Assembly (NCBI RefSeq): GCF_009914755.1
Contig: NC_060938.1
Direction: 5' to 3' (one strand)
Origin: the human T2T-CHM13v2.0 reference genome, Homo sapiens
DNA: 64,000 nt
In this document: positions 53,341 through 64,000 of the stretch, one piece after another
How the letters are laid out: the number at the start of each line of letters is the position of its first letter
Numbering within the stretch: the first letter of the stretch is position 1
The notes under the pieces: generated by a model
Told to the model about the DNA's origin: nothing
The model's database searches: none
What the model saw: the letters and a program-made list of their open reading frames with translations, nothing else
Translations under genes and position numbers: made by a program

Positions 53341-53560
53341 CAGGCCCTGGCCTGGCATTCGAGGCTCACAGCACGGTCCCTTTCCCCTTCTGACTTGCCA
53401 CCCACACCTTTCCCACGTAGGACCTATAATCAGAACAGTTTCCTGAATATTCGTGTTTTGTCCCTTTGTGTAATTTTCACATATGTGATTTCCTCTGCCT
53501 AAAATCGCTTCCTTGGCTCTGCTATCTGTCTCATTCATTCATTCATCATTCATTCATCAA

Positions 53561-53863
53561 TTTTTTTTTTTTTTTTTTGAGACAGGGTCTCACTCTGTCA
53601 CCCAGGCTGGACTGCAGTAGTGCCATCTCAGCTCACTGTAGCTTCAAGCTCTGGGGCTAAAGTGGTCCTCTCACCTCAGCCTCCTAAGTAGCTGGGACCA
53701 CAGGCTCATACCACCATACTTGGTTAATTTTTATTTTATTTTTTGTAGAGATGAGGTCTTGCTATGTCACCCAGGCTGGTTTCAAACTCCTGGGTTCAAG
53801 CAATCCTCCTGCCTCAGTCTCCCAAAGATCCGGGATTACAGGTGTGAGCCACCGCATGTGGCC
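53561..53863 (-). mobile_element. AluJ
   Basis: gagacagggtctcactctgtcacccaggctgg...tttttgtagagatgaggtcttgctatgt...aactcctgggttcaagcaatcctcc. Confidence 0.92.
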
Positions 53864-54031
53864 TCATTTATTTTTATTCAGCGAAGCTGTGTAGAAAGAT
53901 GTGGACAAGCAGGGATGTGTTTATTAACCTCTGTGTGTCCATTGTCCCCAGTCTCTGCACTTAACTTTTATGGAATATCGAATTCAGTGACATAAACCAA
54001 ACTTCTGTTAAGGTCCTAGGACTCAATAAAT

Positions 54032-54313
54032 TCAGAAGTCACAATTTGGCAGCCCATGAGCCTCAAATGCACCACAGATATGTATTGGTGAGCCCTCATA
54101 GGATGTTTAAATATTTGAATAGGGTGCAGACATATACAGATTTGGAGATTTTATAAGACAAACCTAGAGTTTGAACTTCTACTGAATACATTGAGGGCTG
54201 TGGCAACCCAGAGCCTGCATTTGTACATGGAAACTCTTGGCCCTGTTATATACAGCAGGCAGTCTGCACACAGTCCCCAGCCCTCCCTGGTGTCTTGCAC
54301 TTGTCTTTGTTTG

Positions 54314-54346
<33 letters not shown>

Positions 54347-54400
54347 ATCTAAGATAACAGTTTGGCCCTTGAAGGAGGTGTTTGAGTTTACAGCCATTGC
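54032..54400 (+). mobile_element. MER102-like (hAT-Charlie)
   Basis: cagaagtcacaatttggcagccca...tggcaacccagagcctgcatt...tttgagtttacagccattg. Confidence 0.65.
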
Positions 54401-55739
54401 AAAGAGTTACTTTAAATCCTCTAAGCAATCCTTTCCTTATACATGATAACATGTTGAACATACCTGCCTGGAGCCAGGTCTGTGCCAAATGCCAGGGATG
54501 CAGAAACAAATGAGCACAATGTTTGTCTTAGATGGCATCTCCTCCAGGCAGCCTTCCCTGATACACCTTACTAGATTGGCGGCCCAGGCCAGATCCTCCT
54601 CAGAACCCCAGCTTACCTACCCTAACAATGATCAATCACTGTTAAAATTAAAATTAAAATTGCCAGTGTATGAGTCTGATCCACACGGTAGACTGCGCAG
54701 TCTTTAATCACGGCAGCTGTGTCTTATTTATCTTTGAATTTCCAGCCTCATACACAGGACCTGATAGAGAGGTGGTTTCTGGTCCTGTTTATCTCAGAAA
54801 TGGATGCAGGAACGGATGAATAAAACTGAACCTACTGGACCCTCGACCATGCATCTCTGAACCAAAAGACTAATCGAGTAACGCTGTAAGTGGCTGCTCT
54901 AAAATTCCAGTTCCCACTTGAAAACCATCAATATTTAGATGACTGTATTTTCTTTCCAAATGCCCGCAATATTTTATGTCCTGATAATATTTACGGTTGT
55001 CCTCAGAGATAACTAATTGGATTTGCCATCCAGCCCACAGGGAAAACGTATGGGGAATTGTCCCTCATTACTCACCTCAGAAGGTGGTAGCTCACTCCCC
55101 AAACTTATATCACTGTGATTTGGGGAAGACTGAAATGGTGCGGGAAGGAATAATGTCCCTGCTGTCACCCTGGTCTTTCCTTTGCATTTACCACTTGGAC
55201 AGAGCCATTTGCATCTGAATTGAACCTGCATTAAAATTTCAAGTTTATGTACTGCTGATGATAAACAAAGAGGTTCCAGAAACAGCCCTTAAGCTGTGGA
55301 AGCTCATCCCCCTTGTTTCCTGCGGGACACCCTCCTCAGTGACCCCAGCTCAGAGGTGACCCATCTCTTGTGCTCCCAAAGCCAACTGTACATTCTTCAT
55401 GGCACCATTTCATTTAAAATGAAAGCCAGGAGCAAGAACAGCGTTTCATGAGATGCAAATATAGAATTAATGTGCTCTCTTCACTCCTTTCTCTTTGTGT
55501 TGTCTTCCCTTCCATCCTGAATTTTCATCCTTGTTCATTTACCTTCCTAGAATTTTTCTAAGCTTCTAAGTTTTTTCCTCTTTCTCTTTAGGGAAATAAA
55601 TAAAATGTAATGCATTACATTGAAGTGGTTCTTTTATTCTGTCTCTTCCACTGAACTTCATGTCTCTGAGAGTATGGATTGTGTCAAAGTTTACTTACAT
55701 TTTCCCAGTGTCTAGCATGGTGTGACACTGTGATCAACA

Positions 55740-55846
55740 AAAGAGGAAAGAAAGAAAGAAAGGAAGAAAGAAAGAAAGAAAGAAAAAGAGCGAGAGAGAA
55801 AGAAAGAGAGAGAGAGGAAGGAAGAAAGGAAGGAAGGAAGGAAGGA
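55740..55846 (+). repeat. Polypurine (GAAA/GA/GGAA) compound repeat
   Basis: Read directly. Confidence 0.9.
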
Positions 55847-56697
55847 GTGAATGATAGAAATCTGACTTTGCCATTGATCAAGGTCTCTGTACAAGCCAAA
55901 GATTGCTCCAGTCTTACTGCATCTATTATTTCATTTAATCATTACAACTCTATGTATATAGCAGGCATTGTTATGGTTGTTATTATTATTTCTACTATTA
56001 CTTTTGTTATTTTTATGGGTAAGGAAACTGAAGTGCAGTGAAGTTAGATGACTTTCCCAAGGTCAATAAATCGTGGAGACAAGATGAAACCGTGGATGCC
56101 CAACTCCAGAGCACACACACACAAATCAATGCTCACTACAGAAATGTTAGGAACTCATCCTTTGTGTGAGTGTATGTGTGTGTGTGTATGTCTAATGTAA
56201 TTGGTTGTAATTTGAACGTTGTAAACCCAGGAGATGGGATTATCTCTGACTCCAAAATCAGATATATTCTGCATCCACTCACTTTGATGTCACCAAGTGT
56301 AGTGGACATGCTATCAGGTCTGGGACTGACCAAACCCAGGGCATTCTAATGCAGGGGCCTTGTGGATGTGGCTCACTGAGCTCCAGGACCCACATTTTTC
56401 TGACATCTTTTTCTCAGGTGTTCCATGTCCTCTCTGCCTGTTGACCTTTTTCCCTGAACTCCTGCAAAGATCTACTGGGGCTGGAGTTTGGTCTCTGGGG
56501 GCAGGCTGGGTATTCCCACAGCCTAGAAATTCATGTGGTCAGACTCCCATGGGAGAAGATGAAGGAAAAAAAAAACAACAACAAAATTTATTCACATATG
56601 AAGATGGAAGTACCCTTTGACCACCAAAATAAAACTCTCACAAACAACGGTTGGCAAGGTGAAAGCATGGTTCTGCCTATCTTTAGATATTGAGGAT

Positions 56698-57293
56698 TAT
56701 GAAACGCAGAATTCTAAGATGTATCTCCAGATTCCTGTCCTCCTGGCATACACACACACCCTATAAACTTCCTTCCTCTTGAATGGGACAGAGCCTGTGA
56801 ATACAATGAATGCTGCTTCACTGAGGAGGTTACACTGCTAGATGAAGGAATTTTACAGGCGTAATTAACGTTCTCAATCAGTTGACTTAAGGTCAGTCAA
56901 AAGGGAGATGGTCCTAAGTACACCTTACATGATCTTGTGAGTTTTTAAAAACAGAGATTCTCCTGCTGCCCTGGAGGAATCTTCTTGCCATTTTGTGATG
57001 GATCTATGGATGAGAGCAGGGGACAAGGACATGAGCAGAACCCCACAACCACAAGGAACTGAATTCTGTCAACAACCAATGAGTTTGGAAGAGAAATCTG
57101 AGCCTTAGATGAGATCACAGTTCTGCCTAACAACTGCACCTTGATTTTAGCTTGGCAAGACCAAGAAAAGGACCCATCAAGCTGATAGCAGACTGCTCAC
57201 TGAGGGAGACTGTGAGTAATTAATTAAATTGTATTGTTTTAAGCTGGTAAATTTGTGGCAATTTGTTGCGTAGCAAAAAAAAAGAAATTGAGA
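56698..57293 (+). mobile_element. MLT1E/F-like solo LTR
   Basis: gcagaattctaagatg...aatcagttgacttaaggtcagtcaaaagggag...accacaaggaactgaattctgtcaacaacc...ttaagctggtaaatttgtggcaatttgtt. Confidence 0.8.
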
Positions 57294-58062
57294 TACTATG
57301 GTCTGAATGTTGGTGTCTGTACCAGTCTGTTTTCACACTGCTATAAGGAACAACCTGAGACTGGGTAATTTATAAGGAAAGAGGTTTAATTGACTCACAG
57401 TTCCACATAGCTGGGGAGGCCTCAGGAAACTTACAATCATGGTGGAAGATGAAGGGGAAGCAAGGCACATCTTACATGGCAGCAGGAGAGAGAGAGAGAG
57501 GTGGGGGAGGACTGCCAAACACTTTAAAACCATCAGATCTTGTGAGGACACACTATCATGAGAACAGCATGGGGGAACCCCCCACCGCCATGATTCAACC
57601 ACCTCCCACCAGGTCCCTCCCCTGAAACATGGGGATTATAATTCGAGGTGAGATGTGGGTGGAGACACAGACCCAAATCATATCAGTGTCCCCTCAAAAT
57701 TTATATATTTGAACCCAATATCCAGCATGATGGTATTAAGAGTTGGGGGTATTTGGGAAATGATTAAGTCATGAGGGCTCCACTCTCACGAATGGGATTA
57801 GTGCTCTAATAAAAGAGGCTGGAGAGGGCCCCTTACCTCTGTCTCTCATGTAAGGACACAGTGCTTACTCCCCTCTCTTCTAACATGTGAGATTGAAGGC
57901 ACAGTCTCTGAAGCAGAGTGCAATCCCTCACCAGACACTGAATCTTCTGATGCCTTGGTCTTAGACTTTCCAGTGTCCAGAACCATGAACAATAAATTTA
58001 TGCCATTTATAGATTATGCAGTCTAAAGTATTTTGTTGTAGTAGCCCAAATGGACTAAGAAA
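57294..58062 (+). mobile_element. MSTC/D-like solo LTR interrupted by THE1
   Basis: tactatggtctgaatgttggtgtc|...|gtgtcccctcaaaatttatat...catgagggctccactctcacgaatgggattagtg...agcccaaatggactaaga. Confidence 0.85.
57318..57685 (-). mobile_element. THE1D-like solo LTR, nested
   Basis: Complete LTR with exact 5-bp TSD gtgtc at 57313-57317 and 57686-57690. Confidence 0.92.
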
Positions 58063-58069
58063 TCAGGGA

Positions 58070-58490
58070 TGTATCAGTTTAGTTGTTGCAACAACGATGC
58101 TGTGTAACAAGCAACCACAAAATCTTATGGTTTACAACAATAAACATTTACTGCTCATGCATCTGTGGCTCATTTAGGAATCAGCTGGGTGGCACTGCTT
58201 CTCATCACAGATCTGGGTTGGCTGGGACAGCCCCAGTCCTCTCCTCCAGGCCATGCATGTTCTTCTCTTGGTAGTGGCAAAAGAGCCAAGAAACAAGCAG
58301 AAATACAGGAAGCTTCTTGGGCCTAGGCTCAGAACTGGCATGCTGTCACTTTTGCCCATACAATGTCAGCCAAAGTAAATCTGGTGGCCAAGACCAAAGT
58401 CAAGTCCATTCTACCCTTGAGGAGGTAGGTCATGGGACAGGCGTGGAAGCAGGAAACAGTGAAGAATTTAAGCCAATAATGCCATCTAGC
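58070..58490 (-). mobile_element. Old MLT1 (H/J-like) LTR
   Basis: tgtatcagtttagttgttgcaacaacgatgctgtgtaacaagcaaccac...ggcctaggctcagaactggca. Confidence 0.7.
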
Positions 58491-58723
58491 AGAACAAAGG
58501 AATGACAACAGTGGCAGGCATATTTATTGGTGATGATAAACAGGACCCATGGCCCCCAGACCTGTCATCTCAAACAGCAAGCATGATGGAAAGTTCATTT
58601 TGCTAGGACAGGATTCAGTTAACACCAGTGCAATTCATTTATAAGACACCTTCTTGCACCTCCTCAACAATCCAATTCTAATTTACAATTGAAGGCAGGA
58701 ATTTGACTTTTAAGGAACATATG

Positions 58724-58870
58724 TGCCACACCTTCTGCCTGATTTCCATAAGGGTCCTTTGTGCTGAAGAAGCCCTAAGGTGGTCCTGGGAGATGCCACA
58801 CCTTCTGCCTGATTTCCATAAGGGTTCTTTGTGCTGAAGAAGCCCTAAGGTGGTCCAGGGAGATGCCACA
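58724..58870 (+). repeat. Two-copy 70-bp tandem duplication
   Basis: 58724-58793 versus 58794-58863 differ at 2 positions; tgccaca recurs at 58864-58870. Confidence 0.95.
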
Positions 58871-60807
58871 AAGATGCCCCATCCAGAGACAGTGAGGGCA
58901 TTGGCTGCTCTTCAAAGTCAAGGAGGCCACATGTGAGTGTTTATTCTGATGTCATTGGATGAGAACAGGCAGGTCCAGGGTGGTACATCCAAATGGTATC
59001 TTTATTGAAGCAGGATTGAATTCATTTATTCACAGAAACACTTATTGAACACATAGTAAGCACAGGGCAGTGTAGTGGACCCTAGGTGTGGAAGTGCAAA
59101 TAAAATATTGTGGGGGTCCTTGAGGGATCACATTCTGAGGAGGAAGATGGTCTTCGAAAATAATCAGTTACCACGCAGAGTAGTATACACGAGAGAACTC
59201 TGTGCTGGGTCAACTCAAAGACGGAAGGATGGGATGGTCAGGAAAGGTTTCATGGAGAGACACAAGGGGTCTTGGTCTTGAAAGAAGAATAGTCTCTAGG
59301 AGGGGAGGTTGAGGAGAGTGGGTCTTGATTAGCAGAGAGAACAATGTCTACAGACGTTCTTTGTATTTTGGAGATCACAGGCTCCCCAGAGAATCTGTTG
59401 AAAACTCTAGATTCTCTCCTAGGATCCATGCCTATGAACATCAGTGTTTGCCTACAGTTTCAGAGTTTCTCAAGTTGTCAACAAGCTTGTTCTCTTCTGA
59501 GAGGCCCTTAAAGTTTCTATTCACTCCACCTTCTTCTCAGGAGAGCCTTGTCTCTAGCCTGGGAGCCCCTGGCAAGATCCTGGGACCACCGCGCCCAGAG
59601 CTTCCTTTCATCCAGAAGAGTCAGCATCATGCCATCTCCTGATTGGCTGTGGTTTACCTACACCTGAGGGGATGCTGGCTCCAGTGCCAGGTATTTCTAG
59701 GAGCTCTGAAGGGTGAGGCAGGGTGTGCTCCGGAGTGTCTCTGCCGAGGCATGTCAGTCAGTGAGATGTGGGGGTGGCAGCCTCCTCCACAAACGCTATG
59801 TCACCTCCTGAGGGACACGGGGTTGACTCTCCACGCACTAGCTCAGGGGAGTACACCATTCTGTCAGTCAAAGGTGCCTTCATTTGTATCCTGCGATTAT
59901 TTTTCTCTTAATTTGTCTTAGTTCCTCTCTCTCTGTCTGACTGCTGATCGTTCAGTTTCTGCCAAGCAGGAGAGAAGAGCCTGAAATGAACCCAGAACTT
60001 CTGCAATGTAAGGCAGGAATATAATTTAACAGGTCTCTGAAGAATCCTGACAGCAGGCCTAGTACTGAGCTATGCTCCATGAAATGTATGAGAGGCGAGT
60101 TTCCTGGATTGCAGTGCTGACCTAGGTCTGCTCTGGAATTGTCGCTGGCTCCCCTGTACCACATGGAACACGTTTGGTCATGGCAATTTTTTAGTCTCTG
60201 TAGTACAGAAGAGATCAGGCTCACTATTAACAAAAACAACAGCAGCAAAGAATTTTTAAAGGCTGGGGAAGGTAAGAGTGAAAGGAAGAAGAAGAGTTAT
60301 AAAACTCAATAAACATTCCAAGCTTGTGCTCATTTTACAGCCACGTGCTGCTCCCAGCCTGGGACTTTGACCTCTGATCTCCACTTGCCAGGGTCTCTCT
60401 TGTCACTGGGGTGTCACCTCCAATGCCACTACTCCCTTAACCAGGAGATCTAAATTTGTCCTAACTATCCAACCATTCTCAACCAAATCATGCTGTATCA
60501 TTTCCCTGTTTGCACCCACTGAAAACTCAGATGGCCTTGTTTTTTTATATTTTTGCATTTTTGTTTTCTCTCTTCTTCCAAAGAGAACACAAGCCCATTT
60601 TGTAGTGCCAGTGCCTGCAACAGACACGCAATAATTATTTACTGGAAAAAAGTGGCTGGGCATTCTGGTTTGCTTTCTGGGGTGCAGAGGCCCCAGACCA
60701 GCCTTGAGGATTCTCTGATTTTTAATTTCTCAGTACTCACCTCTCTTCTTCATTTGATCCCCTCTTTTCAACATCCATCTCCCCGCAATACACAATTTTG
60801 CATATGT

Positions 60808-60970
60808 TCACATACACAAAGACACACAAACCCACACAAACGTACACAAGCACATTCATACAAACACATAAATACATATAAAACACACTCATACAAGTGA
60901 ACACACACAATTGCACACAACAAAACAGCACATATAAACACACACACACACACACACACACACTCATACA
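60808..60970 (+). repeat. CA-rich low-complexity tract ending in (CA)n
   Basis: Read directly. Confidence 0.9.
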
Positions 60971-62907
60971 TAGAAGGAAGCCATCACTAGTTCAATCAGG
61001 AATTATGTCAAGGAGCGATTTCCCCATAGGAGCCTAAGTTGGGAAAGGTGATGGATGAGTAGTAGGTGGGGGCTTTGGGGTTGGGGTCAGGGAGTGGCCT
61101 TTCTTGCAGAGCCAATGGGTCAGGGACACTTGGAAACAAAACCAACCTCAACTTGTTTAGTTTCGCTGTTCCTAATGGTAACCTAAATTCTCAAAATGTT
61201 AAAAAAAAAAAAAAAAGAAAAAGATAGAAATATCTTCTAAGACTCATGCAAGCCTCGCTATGTTTTTATGAGTGGGAGAGGCAGGGCTAAAGCGTGATGA
61301 ACAGTAGTGTTTTAAATTAACTTCTGAACTTTATATGAGCTGTAATGATCTGTTTATCTGTCTTCACCAGCCTCATAATGGCCAACTAGAGGGTCAAGAC
61401 TTGAGCCTTTAACATCCCATTATGCATCTCAGAAAGACTTCTGCCCGGGTCATTATTGCTTAATTGTACCTTCTTCTTCTTTGAGTGACTTTATTAGGCC
61501 ATAAGAGAAGCCTTAAGTAGCTCGTTGGTGATAGAGAGTCCCGCCCGTGCGACCGCTCCTGCCCTGATATTTACCGTGATGGGCAGGAACCGAGGATGTC
61601 TCCTGGCCGAGAGAAGCCAGTGGAGTCTAAATCCCTTTTGCAATTTGGTAGAAAAACTTGCTTTTGTGTTGTCTTGTTGGTTTTCAGCATGGCCATTTCT
61701 AGTGCCCTCTTTTAGGTTTTCCAGCTCCCATGAGATCTTCCTAAGTTTTTTCTATATATCCATTGCTTTCCTGGGTGGCGGGATGGTGTCTGGAACAAGG
61801 TCTGAATGGGTGATGTACATCATCACACCTGTCTGTGCCTCAGTTTCTCTACCTATAAAAGCAGGATAGTGACCCCTAATTTTTCTTTTCTGTAGGCCCT
61901 TCAGATGACTAAAAGAAATCACTGGTGGGAAAATGCTTTGCAAACCGTGGAATAAGACCTTGTGGGTTAAATTTTGATGAAGGTAAAAACAGCGTTGCCT
62001 CTTTTCTGTCGTCTGTGTGTTTATCCTCCCCTCCCCCAATAGTGGATGACAGTTCTGCCTTTTTCTACTTTCCTGGCACCTTTACCTTACAGCTTGCATG
62101 TCCAGCTCTTCCAGGTTGATTGCACCCCATTGATTACCCCATCGCATGTTTGACTGTCCTTCCCCATTGGACCCAGTGGTCCCCGAGGGCAAGGTTTGAG
62201 CCTCCCTCACCCCTGAATCCTCAGGGCCTGGCAGGGGCCTGGAGTTCACGATGTGCATGTTTCTGTGGTCACAGAGCAACCCACATGCTTTTGCGTATTT
62301 GATGTGGGGGAGCGAGATCAGGGAGATCTGGTCACCCTGGGGGCACCCACTCTGTGCAAGGCCCTTGGCTGGGTGGCTTACATCATTGTCCCCTTGTAAG
62401 TGATTTCTTTCATTTTGCAGAGGAGGAGACTATGCCTGAGGATGATGAAGCACCTTTTCCAGGGGTGAGCACCTCTGCGGCTCTCTTCTGAGCAACACCT
62501 TCATAGAGACAACTGCCTTCCAGCCTCCCCTGTGAGCATTTCTCACAGCCCCTAGAGATCATCCTGTCCAAAAGTGAGCAGGTGGTCTGTGCTGCCCATT
62601 ACCTCCAACTTTTCCTGCCACCTTAAATGGGATCTCCATCCACCTGCATTTGTGGCAGGTTCTCCACCTTTGGTCCCCATTACAGGTGCACGAGTCCATC
62701 CACTTCTCACTGCCTGCCCAGAGGCCACCGTCAGTCACCTGAGCTCCAGATCTCTTTGCTTCCTCTCTTGCCACTCACTAATCTCTTACTCATACTGCAG
62801 TGATGTCTTCAGAGTATGCATCAGGTGAAGTCCCTTCCTTTCCCAAATAAAACTATTTGTAGGAGAGAAACCTACAGATTGCTCTCCCTGATATGTCTCC
62901 CATTCTA

Positions 62908-63342
<435 letters not shown>

Positions 63343-63374
63343 TCAGGGTGATTTCTCCAGCAGCAATATTGGAA

Positions 63375-64000
63375 TTATTAACAGGAAAGACTTTTTAAGC
63401 GTGATGCAAAATCCAGAAGCTCAAAAAGTAGATTGATGGATTTTTCTTTCTATAAATTTGTAACTCCTGTCTTGCAACCTATGTGATATATGTCAGACTA
63501 GTTTCTTTCATATGTAAAGAGCTTCTACAAATTGTTAATATTGCAAAACAATCCAATGGAAAAATACTGAAAGAACTTTAGTAGACAATTGGCAAAAAGG
63601 AAACAAATTACTATTTAAAATAGATTCTCAATTTGTTTGTAATAAGGAAAATGCAAATGGCAATGGGGGAATGGAAAAATGGACTTTGTAGATGTGGTAT
63701 GTGTGAGTGGTCAGTTAGTGCATCGGCTTTGCAAAACGAATTGGGGGTTTGTGTCAAACTTGACATGATTCATACTCTTTAACCTGGCAGTTCCACTTTA
63801 GCACTTTAGCTTTTTGAGGTACTTACAGAAATTCACAAAAATGTGATTTTTGTGGCTTTGTTAGGATAGTGATTAATTGGAAATGATTTAACTTACATTT
63901 GTAGATTAAATAAAATGTCAAATATTCTTACAATGCAATGCCATGCAGCCACTAAAAGAAAGAAGCAGATGTATATATCTGCTGTCATGAAATGATCTCT
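63375..64000 (+). mobile_element. Old L1 (L1ME-like) ORF2/3' remnant
   Basis: atatgtaaagagcttctacaaat...aataaggaaaatgcaaat...tttaacctggcagttccacttt...catgcagccactaaaagaa. Confidence 0.7.

Noticed and set aside
58724-58870. CRISPR-like reading of the direct repeats here and at 25041-25130
   Set aside because: Only two adjacent copies, no spacers, eukaryotic context, no cas genes

Overview
Non-coding primate genomic DNA, most likely human or great ape (Alu J/S/Y-type elements plus an L1PA2-type 3' end). I find no credible protein-coding gene, tRNA, rRNA or CRISPR array. The ORF track is explained by chance ORFs, Alu/LTR/low-complexity read-throughs and two decayed L1 ORF2 fragments. A large share of the window is interspersed repeat: 11 Alus, several L1 fragments, many L2/MIR remnants, MaLR/ERV solo LTRs (some nested) and hAT/mariner DNA-transposon fossils. 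Between them lie AT-rich unique blocks dense in homeodomain-type motifs, which look like conserved enhancers of a developmental gene desert or large intron (inference; locus not identified). The most notable observation is a 99-bp non-Alu/non-L1 element present twice, 14 kb apart and ungapped (3206-3304, 17334-17432; 79/99 identical, 46/50 in a core carrying TGACAG and TAAATTA). Others: a twin-primed L1 lacking its 3' end, a THE1B-Alu junction lacking target-site duplications, a hAT transposase motif fossil, and two local tandem duplications. Repeat family names are from recalled consensus sequences, not a search; old-repeat boundaries are approximate. I see no evidence of a new multi-gene system.
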